Origin: Candidatus Aminicenantes bacterium
GTDB lineage: Bacteria; Acidobacteriota; Aminicenantia; Aminicenantales; JAFGAV01
DNA: 64,000 nt
Reading direction: 5' to 3'
NCBI GenBank assembly: GCA_016933515.1
Contig: JAFGAV010000049.1
Coordinates: 338 to 64,337 of the forward strand
Below, piece by piece: positions 20,668 to 29,169 of this stretch. A program made the position numbers and the translations under genes. Numbering within the stretch: position 1 is the stretch's first letter; the number at the start of each line of letters is the position of its first letter. The notes under the pieces were generated by a model. The model did not search any database. It was not told the origin of the DNA and saw only the letters and a list, made by a program, of their open reading frames with translations.

Positions 20668-23600
20668 TCAGGCTCCGTTCCTCTTCTCGCCGGCGTCCTT
20701 CTTTTCCAGCTTGACCGACAAGACGTTGGTGATGTTGGGTTCGGACATGGTCGTGCCGTAGATGAAGTCGGCGACCTCCATAGTTTTGTAATTGTGAGTG
20801 ACGATGATGAACTGGGTTTCGCCCTTGAGCTTTTTCATGAGTTCCAGAAAGCGGGTCAGGTTGACCTCGTCCAGGGCGGCGTCCACCTCGTCCAGAAGGC
20901 AGAAAGGGGTGGGTTTGTAGCGGAAAAGGGCGAACAGGAACGCCAGGCTGGTCAGGCTCTTCTCTCCCCCGGAGAGCAGGGTCAGGCTCTGGAGCTTCTT
21001 GCCCGGCGGCTGGGCGGCGATGTCCACGCCGCTTTCCAGGGGATTCTCAGGATCGGAGAGCTTGACCTCGGCCGCGCCGCCGTTGAACAGCAGGGTGAAG
21101 ATCTGCTGGAAATTTTCGTTGACCTTGCTCAGGGCGGTGAGGAACATCGCCCGGCTCTCGTCGTCGATTTTGTGGATGGCTTCCTTGGTGTCGGCGATCG
21201 AAGACCGCAGGTCGTTTCTCTGTTTGACCAGGAAGTCGTGGCGTTCCTTGTGGGACCGGAATTCTTCTTCGGCCATGAGGTTGACGGCCTTGTATTTCTG
21301 CAGGTCTTCCTTGGCCTGCTCGAGCTCGTCCTCGACCTCGGAGCCCCCGACCGCCTCCTCGGGAAGGTCGGACTTGACCTCGGCCAGGGATTTTTTGAGC
21401 TCCTGCCAGCAGGTTTCCTCGAGGTTGACGAGGTCCCTCTCGATTTCGGCCTTGGCGACCTCTTTTTTGACTCTTTCCTCCTTGAAGGTTTCCATCTCCG
21501 CGCGGAGGAGGCCGACCCGTTCCTCGATTTCGTCTCGTTTCTTGACCAGATCGGCATGGGCCGCTTCTTCACGGCCGACGTGCGCTTCCTGTTCGGCCCG
21601 CTCGCGCTCCGCGGCGGCGGCGGCTTCTTCGAGGCGGAGGATGTTGTCTCTGACCCGGCTCTCTTCCTCGTCGCAGAGCTTGATGTCTTCCTCTGCGGCG
21701 CGGAGCCGCGAGAGCGTCGCTTCCCTGCGGGAGGAGAGAGACCGGGACTGGCGGGTCAGCCCCTCGAGCTTTTCTTTGACCACATCCAGCCCGGCGCGGA
21801 TTTCGAAGGCGCCCTTTTCGGACTGATTCGCTTCCCGGCGCACGGAGCCCAGGCCCGATTCGCGGCTCTGCATTTCGGCGCGGAGCCGGGACTCTTCTTC
21901 TTCCCGAGCCGCGATGTCGCGGCGTATTTCCTCGAGGAGCGGCTCGAGCTCCTTCTTCTCGGCGGCAAGGATGTCGAGCTCTTTCAGGAGAAGACGGCTT
22001 TCGCCGTCGGTTGCGTCTCTATCCGCCTGGAGAATGGTTTTCCGGCGTTCGGCGGCCTGAAGGGATTTCTCGGTTTCGGCGCGCTCGGCCGCGATGTCCG
22101 CCGCGGCGGCTTCGAGCGCTTCTTTCTCTTTTTTCCTGTCCTCCAACCGGACAGAGAGAGCGGAGAGCCCATTTTTCAGCTGGCCGACCTCCTCCTCCAG
22201 GTCCCGGGCCTCGCGGCGGAGGGAAAAAAGCCCCTCCTCCGCTCGCCCCGTCTTCAGCAGCCCCGAGGGAAGGAGGAGGCTTCCGTCGGCCGTGAGATAA
22301 GCGCCCTCGGGATGACGGAGCCAGAGAGAGACGGCCGTTTTGAGGTCGTCGACGACGGCCGCGTCGCGGAGGCGGTCGAGCAGGGCGTTCGCTCCCGGCC
22401 GAAGGCGAACCCGTGACTTGAGACTTCCTGAAACTCCCGGCTCGCCGGACGCCGGGTGGTTGTTCTCTTCCGTCCGCGATGGGCCCTGAAGAAGGAACAG
22501 GCCTTCGGGCCGTCCGGAGTCGAGCGAGGAAAGGAATTCCCCGGCATCCACTATAACGGCCGCGGATTCTTCTTTCCAGAGAAGATCGAGGAGAGAAGAG
22601 GTTTCGGCGTCCGCTTCGATCAGGTCGACAAGGCGCCGCCGTTCCGGGGCGTCCGGCCCGGGGCCGGGCCCTCCGGAACGGGCTTCAAGGAGCTTGGCCA
22701 GCGTTTCCAGGCGGATCGACGCTTGAGTGAATTTCTCCCGGGCTTCGGTCCACTCGGCCTCCAGAGCGTCCGACTCCCTTCGGAGGGACGAAAGCGTCTC
22801 GGCGGCCGCGGCGGCGTCTTCCTCAAGGCGGCGGAGCCGGGCGGAGCGCTCGGCGATGTTTTCGTCGAGGCTCCGAAGATGCGCCTCCTGTTCCTCGATC
22901 CGGGAGCGCACGGCGGCCAGCTTTTCCTCGAGCTTCTCCTCCTGGCGCAGAAGGAGCTCGTTCTCTTTCTCTCGTCGGGCCCTTTCGTTCTTGAGCTCCG
23001 TGGCCCGGGCCATGAGGGCCAGGTGCTCTCCGCGGAGCGTTTCGAGCTCCTCGGCCTCGCCGGCCAGGCGGGCGCGGTATTCCCGGACGCGCTCTTCGGC
23101 CGCGTCTCCGTCCTTCCGAAGGCGGGCCAGTTCGCTCTCGAGCGATTCCCTCAACGAGGAGACTTCGGATTCCTCGTCGTCCATGAGCGCGCGGTCACGG
23201 CGCCTCTCCTCGATGTCGAGACGGGATCGCTTCCGCCGCTCGTCGAAGAAGCCGAGTTTTTTTCTCTCCGCTTCGGCCTCGGCTTCAAAGCGGGCCGCCC
23301 GGGAGCGGAGCTCGTAGAGGGTCTCCTGTTCCTTTTTCAGGGCCTGCTCGAGATCCCACGCCTCTTTGCGTTTGCCGACCAGGTCTTTCTCCGCGACGGC
23401 CAGCCGGGTGAGGGCTTCTTTTTCGCGGAGGATGAATTCGTTGTACTGCCGGAAGGCTTCGGACTGGCTGCGTTCGAGCTGGATCAGGCGGCGCCGGAAA
23501 TGGAAGGCGGTCAGCTCCCGGATGCGCTCTCTCAGCCTGCGGTAACGGTTGGCCGCCTGGGCTTGCCGCTGAAGGGAATTGCGGGCCCGGCCGACCTCGT

Positions 23601-24174
23601 CGATGATGTCTTCCAAACGAAGGAGATTCTGCTCCGAGTTTTCGAGCTTGTTCTCCGCCTGGCGTTTTTTGTCCTTGTAAAGGGCCGTCCCGGCCGCCTC
23701 TTCCAGGAGGAGGCGTTTCTCGTTCGGCTTGGAGGTGACGAACTGGCCGATCGTTCCCTGCTCGATGACGAAGTACTCCTTCTCTCCGATCGAACGCTTC
23801 CACAGTTCGTCCTGGATGTCCTTGAGGCGGACCGCCTTGCCGTTGAGGCGGTATTCGCCTTCCCCGGAGCGGAAGACGCGGTGGGAGATGACGAGATCCT
23901 CGACGGGGTCGTGCAGGGCGATCGTGACGTCGGCCATGCTCTGGGGCGCTTTCTTGGCGTTGCCGTTGAAAATGATGTTGTCGATTTTCTCCCCGCGGAG
24001 CGAGCGGACGCGCTGTCCGCCCAGGACCCACAGCAGGGCGTCCACGATGTTGCTTTTCCCCGTGCCGTTGGGGCCCACGATGGCCGTGATGCCGGGATGG
24101 AAGAGAATCCGGGTCCGTTCGGGGAAGGATTTAAATCCCTGGATGTCGAGCTTTTTGATGATCGAGCCGCTCAT
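20668..24174 (-). CDS. smc: Chromosome segregation protein SMC
   Basis: 1168 aa. Walker A GPNGTGKSN. Long heptad coiled coils flank a hinge. Signature LSGGEKSLTSLAFLFAL. Walker B FCLLDEVDAALD. Confidence 0.95.
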   Translation of the reverse strand: MSGSIIKKLDIQGFKSFPERTRILFHPGITAIVGPNGTGKSNIVDALLWVLGGQRVRSLRGEKIDNIIFNGNAKKAPQSMADVTIALHDPVEDLVISHRVFRSGEGEYRLNGKAVRLKDIQDELWKRSIGEKEYFVIEQGTIGQFVTSKPNEKRLLLEEAAGTALYKDKKRQAENKLENSEQNLLRLEDIIDEVGRARNSLQRQAQAANRYRRLRERIRELTAFHFRRRLIQLERSQSEAFRQYNEFILREKEALTRLAVAEKDLVGKRKEAWDLEQALKKEQETLYELRSRAARFEAEAEAERKKLGFFDERRKRSRLDIEERRRDRALMDDEESEVSSLRESLESELARLRKDGDAAEERVREYRARLAGEAEELETLRGEHLALMARATELKNERARREKENELLLRQEEKLEEKLAAVRSRIEEQEAHLRSLDENIAERSARLRRLEEDAAAAAETLSSLRRESDALEAEWTEAREKFTQASIRLETLAKLLEARSGGPGPGPDAPERRRLVDLIEADAETSSLLDLLWKEESAAVIVDAGEFLSSLDSGRPEGLFLLQGPSRTEENNHPASGEPGVSGSLKSRVRLRPGANALLDRLRDAAVVDDLKTAVSLWLRHPEGAYLTADGSLLLPSGLLKTGRAEEGLFSLRREARDLEEEVGQLKNGLSALSVRLEDRKKEKEALEAAAADIAAERAETEKSLQAAERRKTILQADRDATDGESRLLLKELDILAAEKKELEPLLEEIRRDIAAREEEESRLRAEMQSRESGLGSVRREANQSEKGAFEIRAGLDVVKEKLEGLTRQSRSLSSRREATLSRLRAAEEDIKLCDEEESRVRDNILRLEEAAAAAERERAEQEAHVGREEAAHADLVKKRDEIEERVGLLRAEMETFKEERVKKEVAKAEIERDLVNLEETCWQELKKSLAEVKSDLPEEAVGGSEVEDELEQAKEDLQKYKAVNLMAEEEFRSHKERHDFLVKQRNDLRSSIADTKEAIHKIDDESRAMFLTALSKVNENFQQIFTLLFNGGAAEVKLSDPENPLESGVDIAAQPPGKKLQSLTLLSGGEKSLTSLAFLFALFRYKPTPFCLLDEVDAALDEVNLTRFLELMKKLKGETQFIIVTHNYKTMEVADFIYGTTMSEPNITNVLSVKLEKKDAGEKRNGA

Positions 24175-24356
24175 AGGATTTCACTTGGGACACGGACCTG
24201 TTGTTCGTTTTCGGAAAATCCGAGCCTTATTGTAAACAAAAGACGGGAGCGCGTCTATACTTTGCATTGAATCAAATTCAAATCTCAAAAAAATCGAGAT
24301 CCCGGATGCTCCAAGCCTCTTTGGGGCCGGGTGCCGGGCCTCAAAAAAGTGGAAAG

Positions 24357-24386
24357 TGGAGACGCGACCCCGTTTTCCGGTATAAT
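24357..24386 (+). promoter_or_regulatory. Candidate sigma70-type promoter for tRNA-Thr
   Basis: Perfect TATAAT at 24381-24386, 8 nt upstream of tRNA position 1. The weak -35-like TGGAGA at 24357-24362 gives an 18-nt spacer. Confidence 0.4.
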
Positions 24387-24394
24387 AAGGCCAC

Positions 24395-24467
<73 letters not shown>

Positions 24468-24589
24468 CTCACTTTTTTCCCGCGAACGCCGTCGTACGCG
24501 CCGAGGGGCCGTCTCCGATGCGGACAAAATCGGAAAATTCTGGAGGGGAAGCGGAAGTCTTCATGTTGGCCTGACACTCCTCCCGGGAG

Positions 24590-24617
24590 TTGACTCAGAA
24601 GAATAAACTCTTAAAAT
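24590..24617 (+). promoter_or_regulatory. Candidate sigma70-type promoter for the OMP paralog pair
   Basis: TTGACT(24590-24595), 16 nt, TAAAAT(24612-24617). GGAG lies 7 nt before the ATG at 24641. Confidence 0.45.
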
Positions 24618-24640
24618 ATTGGCTTTATCGGAGAAATCGA

Positions 24641-25522
24641 ATGAAGAAGCGCATCGCTTCCCTGGTGATGGGTTTTTTGACGGCCGCCGCGCTCCCGGTC
24701 GGCGTCGGGGCGCATGCTTCGGCCGGCGCTTTCGGCCTGCGGATTTACGGCGGCTTGGGCCGGGTGGAGGGAGGCGATTTCAACTCCGGCCAGAAGGGTT
24801 GGGCGGATTTCTACAGCCTCGTCTTCGGGCTGTTATCCTATTCCCCGGAGGGCGGGATCAAACCGGCCCGGATGGGACCGAACGCCGGGGCCGAGCTGCT
24901 TTACCGGTTCGCTCCCCGCCTGAGTATCGGGCTCGGCGTCGGATTCATCCGGGCGTCGGAGACATCGGGTGTATCGTTCACTCCGGCCGCTTCCGGCTTG
25001 TCCGCTTTGACATACGAGGCCGAAACCGCGATCAGCGCCGCGCCGGTGACGGTCAGCCTTCACTATGCCCTTCCCATCGGAGGGAGGATTTCGTTCGACG
25101 TTCACGGCGGCCTGGGCCCCTATCTGGCCTGGGGCGCCGCCTCGCAGAAATTAACCGACGCATCAGGATACTGGACGCTCGATGAATACCGGGTCCACGG
25201 GGGAGGCCTGGGCTTCCATGGGGGGCTGGGAATGGAATGCGCTCTCAGCCGCCGATTGGCGCTCTTCGCCGAGGCCCGGGGACGGTGGGCTTCCTTCGCC
25301 AATTTCAAGGGCGAGGTGACCATGTCGGACAGCACGGGCTGGTCCGATGCCGTCAGCGGTTTTCTGTGGAGCGAGAATGTGGACCTCAGCCCGCTGGGCT
25401 CCTGGCGGATTTTCGAAATCGCCGACACCGAGCCCGCCGGCTTCGGCATCAGCGACGTGCGGAGAACCCGGATCGATTTCAGCGGGCTGTCTCTGGCCCT
25501 GGGGATAGTCGTCCGTTTGTAA
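24641..25522 (+). CDS. Outer-membrane beta-barrel protein (paralog 1)
   Basis: ORF 24590..25522, with ATG at 24641 giving signal peptide MKKRIASLVMGFLTAAALPVGVGA. LRIYGGLGRVEGGDFNSGQKGW motif. Alternating amphipathic strands. Ends …LALGIVVRL. Confidence 0.6.
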   Translation: MKKRIASLVMGFLTAAALPVGVGAHASAGAFGLRIYGGLGRVEGGDFNSGQKGWADFYSLVFGLLSYSPEGGIKPARMGPNAGAELLYRFAPRLSIGLGVGFIRASETSGVSFTPAASGLSALTYEAETAISAAPVTVSLHYALPIGGRISFDVHGGLGPYLAWGAASQKLTDASGYWTLDEYRVHGGGLGFHGGLGMECALSRRLALFAEARGRWASFANFKGEVTMSDSTGWSDAVSGFLWSENVDLSPLGSWRIFEIADTEPAGFGISDVRRTRIDFSGLSLALGIVVRL

Positions 25523-25539
25523 GACTTGAGGAAACGCCC

Positions 25540-26421
25540 ATGAAAAAAACGATTCTGTCCTTCATCCTGGCCGCATGTCTTTCCGTCTCGGCCTTTGCGT
25601 CCCCGGCGGACGAGACGGGGCCGGGAGTCCGGACAGGGCTGCGCCTTTACGGCGGCCTGAGCACGATGAACGGCGGCGACTTCAACACGGGCCTCCGCGG
25701 TTGGCTCGATTTATGGGCGCACGCGGGCTCCCTGTGGGGTGTCCGGACGGACGTGGAGGGGAGTCCCGGCGGATGGGCGACCTCCGTAGGAGCGGACGTC
25801 CTTTTTCCCCTGACGTCCTGGCTGTCCTTCGGAATGGGCGCCGGTTGGGTTTCGGGGCGCGCCGACTGCCGGTCGGTCGCCGATGGAAACGGAGATGTCG
25901 TCCCCACAACACAGAATATCGAGATGTCCCCGCGGGCTCTGCCCGTGCGCGCCGGATTTTTCGGCCGCATCCCGCTTTCGGGCCGTCTCGCTCTCGGCCT
26001 CAACGCCGGAGCGTCCTATTATTATGTCGCCCAAGCGCAGGCCGTCTATCGCCGGGACTGGGAGGACTACTGGGAAGAGGATCTCTTCGACCTGAAATCA
26101 AGCGGCTGGGGGTATGACGGCGGGCTGGGCCTTGAATTCAGGATGAGCCGCCATGTCGCCGTGTTTTTCGAGGGGCAGGCCCGTCGGGCGAGGTTCTCCA
26201 AGTTTTTCGGGACCCTTGATCGTTCCTCGAGCGAGGCCGGAGAAACGAGCCGCGAGGGAACGCTTTACGCGATCGATTTCAGCCTCGGTGACGGCGAAAT
26301 CTTCCCCCTGGTCGACGTCCTCTCCCAGCCGCCCGCGGGGCCGGCTTTCTCCAGGGCCGCGGAGGCCGTGGTGGACTTCGGCGGCTTCGGTTTCCTCGCG
26401 GGAGTGCTCTTCAGGATCTGA
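25540..26421 (+). CDS. Outer-membrane beta-barrel protein (paralog 2)
   Basis: ORF 25237..26421, with ATG at 25540 giving signal peptide MKKTILSFILAACLSVSAFA. LRLYGGLSTMNGGDFNTGLRGW parallels paralog 1. Ends …LAGVLFRI. Confidence 0.6.
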   Translation: MKKTILSFILAACLSVSAFASPADETGPGVRTGLRLYGGLSTMNGGDFNTGLRGWLDLWAHAGSLWGVRTDVEGSPGGWATSVGADVLFPLTSWLSFGMGAGWVSGRADCRSVADGNGDVVPTTQNIEMSPRALPVRAGFFGRIPLSGRLALGLNAGASYYYVAQAQAVYRRDWEDYWEEDLFDLKSSGWGYDGGLGLEFRMSRHVAVFFEGQARRARFSKFFGTLDRSSSEAGETSREGTLYAIDFSLGDGEIFPLVDVLSQPPAGPAFSRAAEAVVDFGGFGFLAGVLFRI

Positions 26422-26488
26422 AGCATCCGCTCGGCTCGAAAATATCCATACCGCGGCCCCCGGGCGGGCCCGAAAGGAGACAAGACAA

Positions 26489-27202
26489 ATGAAAAAGACA
26501 CTGGCGCTCGTCGCATCTCTTCTGATTCCGGCGTCCTTCGCCGCGGCGGACTATTACGTCAAGTCCAAGACCCACACGGACGCCTACTCCATGATGGGGC
26601 AAAGCCAGCCGGCCAAAGACGGCGTTCAGGAGCAGTGGATCGGCCCGGACCGCTTCGCCTACATCAGCCCTGAAATGTCCGTTCTCATCGACCTGAAGAA
26701 AAGCGAGGTCGTGTTCATCAACCACAAGAGCCGGACCTACACCCCGGCTTCCCTGCCGCTGGACATATCCAAGATCCTTCCCCCCCAGATGGCCCAGATG
26801 GCGGGGATGATGAAGATGACCGCCTCCGTCAAGCCCCTGGAGACGACGAAAAAAATCGGCTCCTGGACGTGCCGGGGATATGAGGCGGCGATCACGATGA
26901 TGATGCCGATCACAATGACCGTCTGGACCTCGACGAATGTTCTCTTTGATGTCTCTCTGGTCATGGACAAGTATATGAACAGCGTCCTTCAGGGGACGAT
27001 GATGCTGGACGAGGCGACGGTCGCCGAGTTAAAGAAAATCAAAGGCTACTGGATCGCCTCCGAGACGGTCATAGACATGATGGGCGCCAAGGTGCGGTCG
27101 ACTTCGGAGGTCGTCGAGATTTCCGAGAAAACCCCGTCCGCGGACGTTTTCAAAATTCCGCAGGGCTACGCCAAGAGCGACACCCTGGCCATGACGAGGT
27201 GA
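26489..27202 (+). CDS. Secreted Met-rich protein, DUF4412-like
   Basis: ORF 26153..27202, with ATG at 26489 after AAAGGAGA. Signal peptide MKKTLALVASLLIPASFA. Many Met residues (…QMAQMAGMMKMT…ITMMMPITM…). The C-terminal …VFKIPQGYAK is typical of the DUF4412 family. Confidence 0.5.
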   Translation: MKKTLALVASLLIPASFAAADYYVKSKTHTDAYSMMGQSQPAKDGVQEQWIGPDRFAYISPEMSVLIDLKKSEVVFINHKSRTYTPASLPLDISKILPPQMAQMAGMMKMTASVKPLETTKKIGSWTCRGYEAAITMMMPITMTVWTSTNVLFDVSLVMDKYMNSVLQGTMMLDEATVAELKKIKGYWIASETVIDMMGAKVRSTSEVVEISEKTPSADVFKIPQGYAKSDTLAMTR

Positions 27203-27203
27203 A

Positions 27204-28931
27204 TCAGCGGACGGCGAGCAGGGCGAGCGCGGCGAGGACGCTGAAGACCGCCAGGATAATCGAGACCAGCGTCCGGGTCGAGGGCCGGTGGCGGTCCTGG
27301 GCGTATCCGGCCTCGACGCCGCCGCGCGCGGGTGCCGGGTAGGGATTGCGGCTCAGGGCCGCCAATCCCCGCACGGCGGCCAGGGAGGCCCGCGCCGTGC
27401 CGTCGAAAAATCTTCCCGTCGTGTCGACGAAAAGAAAGCGGAAGAACGCCGCCGGACGGCGGAAAAACCAGTCGAAATCAAGGACCGTCCCCGCGTGCGG
27501 CTCGAGAAGCCGGCGGCACATCCAGAAAGCCGCCAGGGTGAGGACGAGAAGCTGGACGGTTTCCGACAGGTGGACTCTCGAATAAGGGTGGTAATCCGCG
27601 GCGTAAGGCAGCCAGCGGTAGAGCAGCCCGGGCTTGATGCCGTGGAGAATGCAGACCGCAGCCGTCACTCCCATGGCCAGATACATGTTCCAGGGCGCCC
27701 GCTCGGGTTTCAGGCCCCGGTCGCGGGAGAACCAGGTGAAAACGGGAAGCTTGAGTCCGACGCTTAAAAACGTCCCCACTGAGGCCAGGAGCATAAGAAG
27801 CGCGGCCGCCTGACGCCCCGCTTCTCCGGCGGCGCTCACGGTTATGGACTTGCTGATGAAGCCGTTGAAGAAAGGCACCCCGGAGATCGAGAAGGCGGCG
27901 ATCATGTACAGGATGAGCGCCGCGGGCTGGCGTTTTCCCAGGCCGCCCAGCTCGCTCAGGTTCCGGCGGCCGGTCGTGTGAAGGACGAGGCCGGCGGCCA
28001 TGAACAGCAGCGCCTTGTAGAGAATGTGGCTGAAAGCGTGGGCCGTCGCGCCGTTGAGGCCCATTTCCGTTCCCAGGCCGACGCCGGCCACCATAAAGCC
28101 CACCTGGCTGACGATGTGATAGGCGAGGATGCCGCGGATGTCGTCGGACAGGACGGCATAGACGACGCCGTAGAGGGTCATGGCCACGCCCGCCCAGATC
28201 AGGACGTCCCAGCCGGGGAACATGCGGGCCAGGGCGTAGACGGCCGCCTTGGTCGTGAAGGCGCTCAGGAACACGGCGCCGGTGACCGTGGCCCGGGGAT
28301 AGGCGTCCGGGAGCCAGGTGTGGAGGGGGACGACCGCCGCGTTGACCGCCACGCCGAGAAGGATGAGCCAGGCGGCGGCCGACGAGCCCGGAGCGAAGGC
28401 GGAGATTTCCAATCCGCCGCCGTTTTGCGCCCCCAGAAAGAATATTCCCAGCAGAAGCAGCCCGCCGCCGAAGAGGTGATAGAGAAGGTACCGAAAACCC
28501 GCCCGGCGCGCTTCTCGGTTCCGTGCCGCCCAGACGAGGAAGGTCGAAGCCGCGGCCATGGCCTCCCAGCAGACGAAAAAGGTAAAAAAGTCTCCGGCGT
28601 AAACCGCTCCCAGGGCGCCTCCGGCATACAACAGCGCGGCGCACTGCTGGCCCGTGTCGCGAAGGTGAAGGGCGTAGAGTCCGCCCGCGGCGGCGATGAA
28701 CGCGAAGATGATTCCGAACAGGCGGCTGAGGGCGTCCGCCCGGCAGAGGATGAGTGTCTGGTCCAGGAAGCGGACGTCGCACCGTGCGCCGTCCGGCAGG
28801 GCGAACACGAGCGCCAGGGAGGCGAGAGAAAAAAAGACGAAGGCCGCGGCCCGAACCCGGCGGCGGAGGAGAGGCAGGATAAGAGCTCCGGCCCACAGAG
28901 CCGCTCCGGGAGGGATCACGATCTCAGTCAT
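27204..28931 (-). CDS. mrpD: Mrp/NuoL-M-N family proton-conducting antiporter subunit (longest copy, MrpD/MrpA-N-like)
   Basis: 575 aa with about 15 TM. It has the characteristic core of the proton-antiporter M family (…WLPDAYP.ATVTGAVFLSAFTTKAAVYAL…HAFSHILYKALLFM…). Last gene of the operon. Confidence 0.75.
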   Translation of the reverse strand: MTEIVIPPGAALWAGALILPLLRRRVRAAAFVFFSLASLALVFALPDGARCDVRFLDQTLILCRADALSRLFGIIFAFIAAAGGLYALHLRDTGQQCAALLYAGGALGAVYAGDFFTFFVCWEAMAAASTFLVWAARNREARRAGFRYLLYHLFGGGLLLLGIFFLGAQNGGGLEISAFAPGSSAAAWLILLGVAVNAAVVPLHTWLPDAYPRATVTGAVFLSAFTTKAAVYALARMFPGWDVLIWAGVAMTLYGVVYAVLSDDIRGILAYHIVSQVGFMVAGVGLGTEMGLNGATAHAFSHILYKALLFMAAGLVLHTTGRRNLSELGGLGKRQPAALILYMIAAFSISGVPFFNGFISKSITVSAAGEAGRQAAALLMLLASVGTFLSVGLKLPVFTWFSRDRGLKPERAPWNMYLAMGVTAAVCILHGIKPGLLYRWLPYAADYHPYSRVHLSETVQLLVLTLAAFWMCRRLLEPHAGTVLDFDWFFRRPAAFFRFLFVDTTGRFFDGTARASLAAVRGLAALSRNPYPAPARGGVEAGYAQDRHRPSTRTLVSIILAVFSVLAALALLAVR

Positions 28932-29169
28932 CGTCGTAGTACCGCGCGTTTTTTCTCAGAAAGGCCCGCCCCAGCCCGAGGGCGAGCGCGATGAGGGCCA
29001 GGCAGCCGATGAAGCCGAAGAGTGCGAAAAATCCGGGGATCGATTCCCACCACGAAACGTGACGGCTTTCCCCGGGCGGGTGAAAAATCTGGAAAGCCAG
29101 GGAGAGAAAAACGAGGCCGGCGAGCGCCGTTGCGAGAGCCGCGCGCAGTATGGTTCTCACGATCGTCAT
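28924..29169 (-). CDS. Small 2-TM membrane protein embedded between MrpD paralogs
   Basis: ATG at 29169 overlaps the upstream stop (GGATGA). 81 aa: MTIVRTILRAALATALAGLVFLSLAF…IPGFFALFGFIGCLALIALALGLG…YYDDD. Its stop region overlaps the next start by 8 nt. Family not recognised. Confidence 0.45.
   Translation of the reverse strand: MTIVRTILRAALATALAGLVFLSLAFQIFHPPGESRHVSWWESIPGFFALFGFIGCLALIALALGLGRAFLRKNARYYDDD

Noticed and set aside
20644-24270. Two very long plus-strand ORFs (590 and 604 aa) antisense to smc. Similar giants lie opposite PBP1A (11621-14269, 882 aa), lon (2583-3695), the SSF transporter (17782-19218), the radical SAM gene (19158-20714) and the Mrp genes (29022-30836).
   Set aside because: Their translations are Arg/Gly/Pro/Ala/Glu-rich with no motifs. 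They lie exactly opposite genes with unambiguous catalytic motifs. High GC3 codon usage suppresses stop codons on the antisense strand, so these are compositional artefacts.
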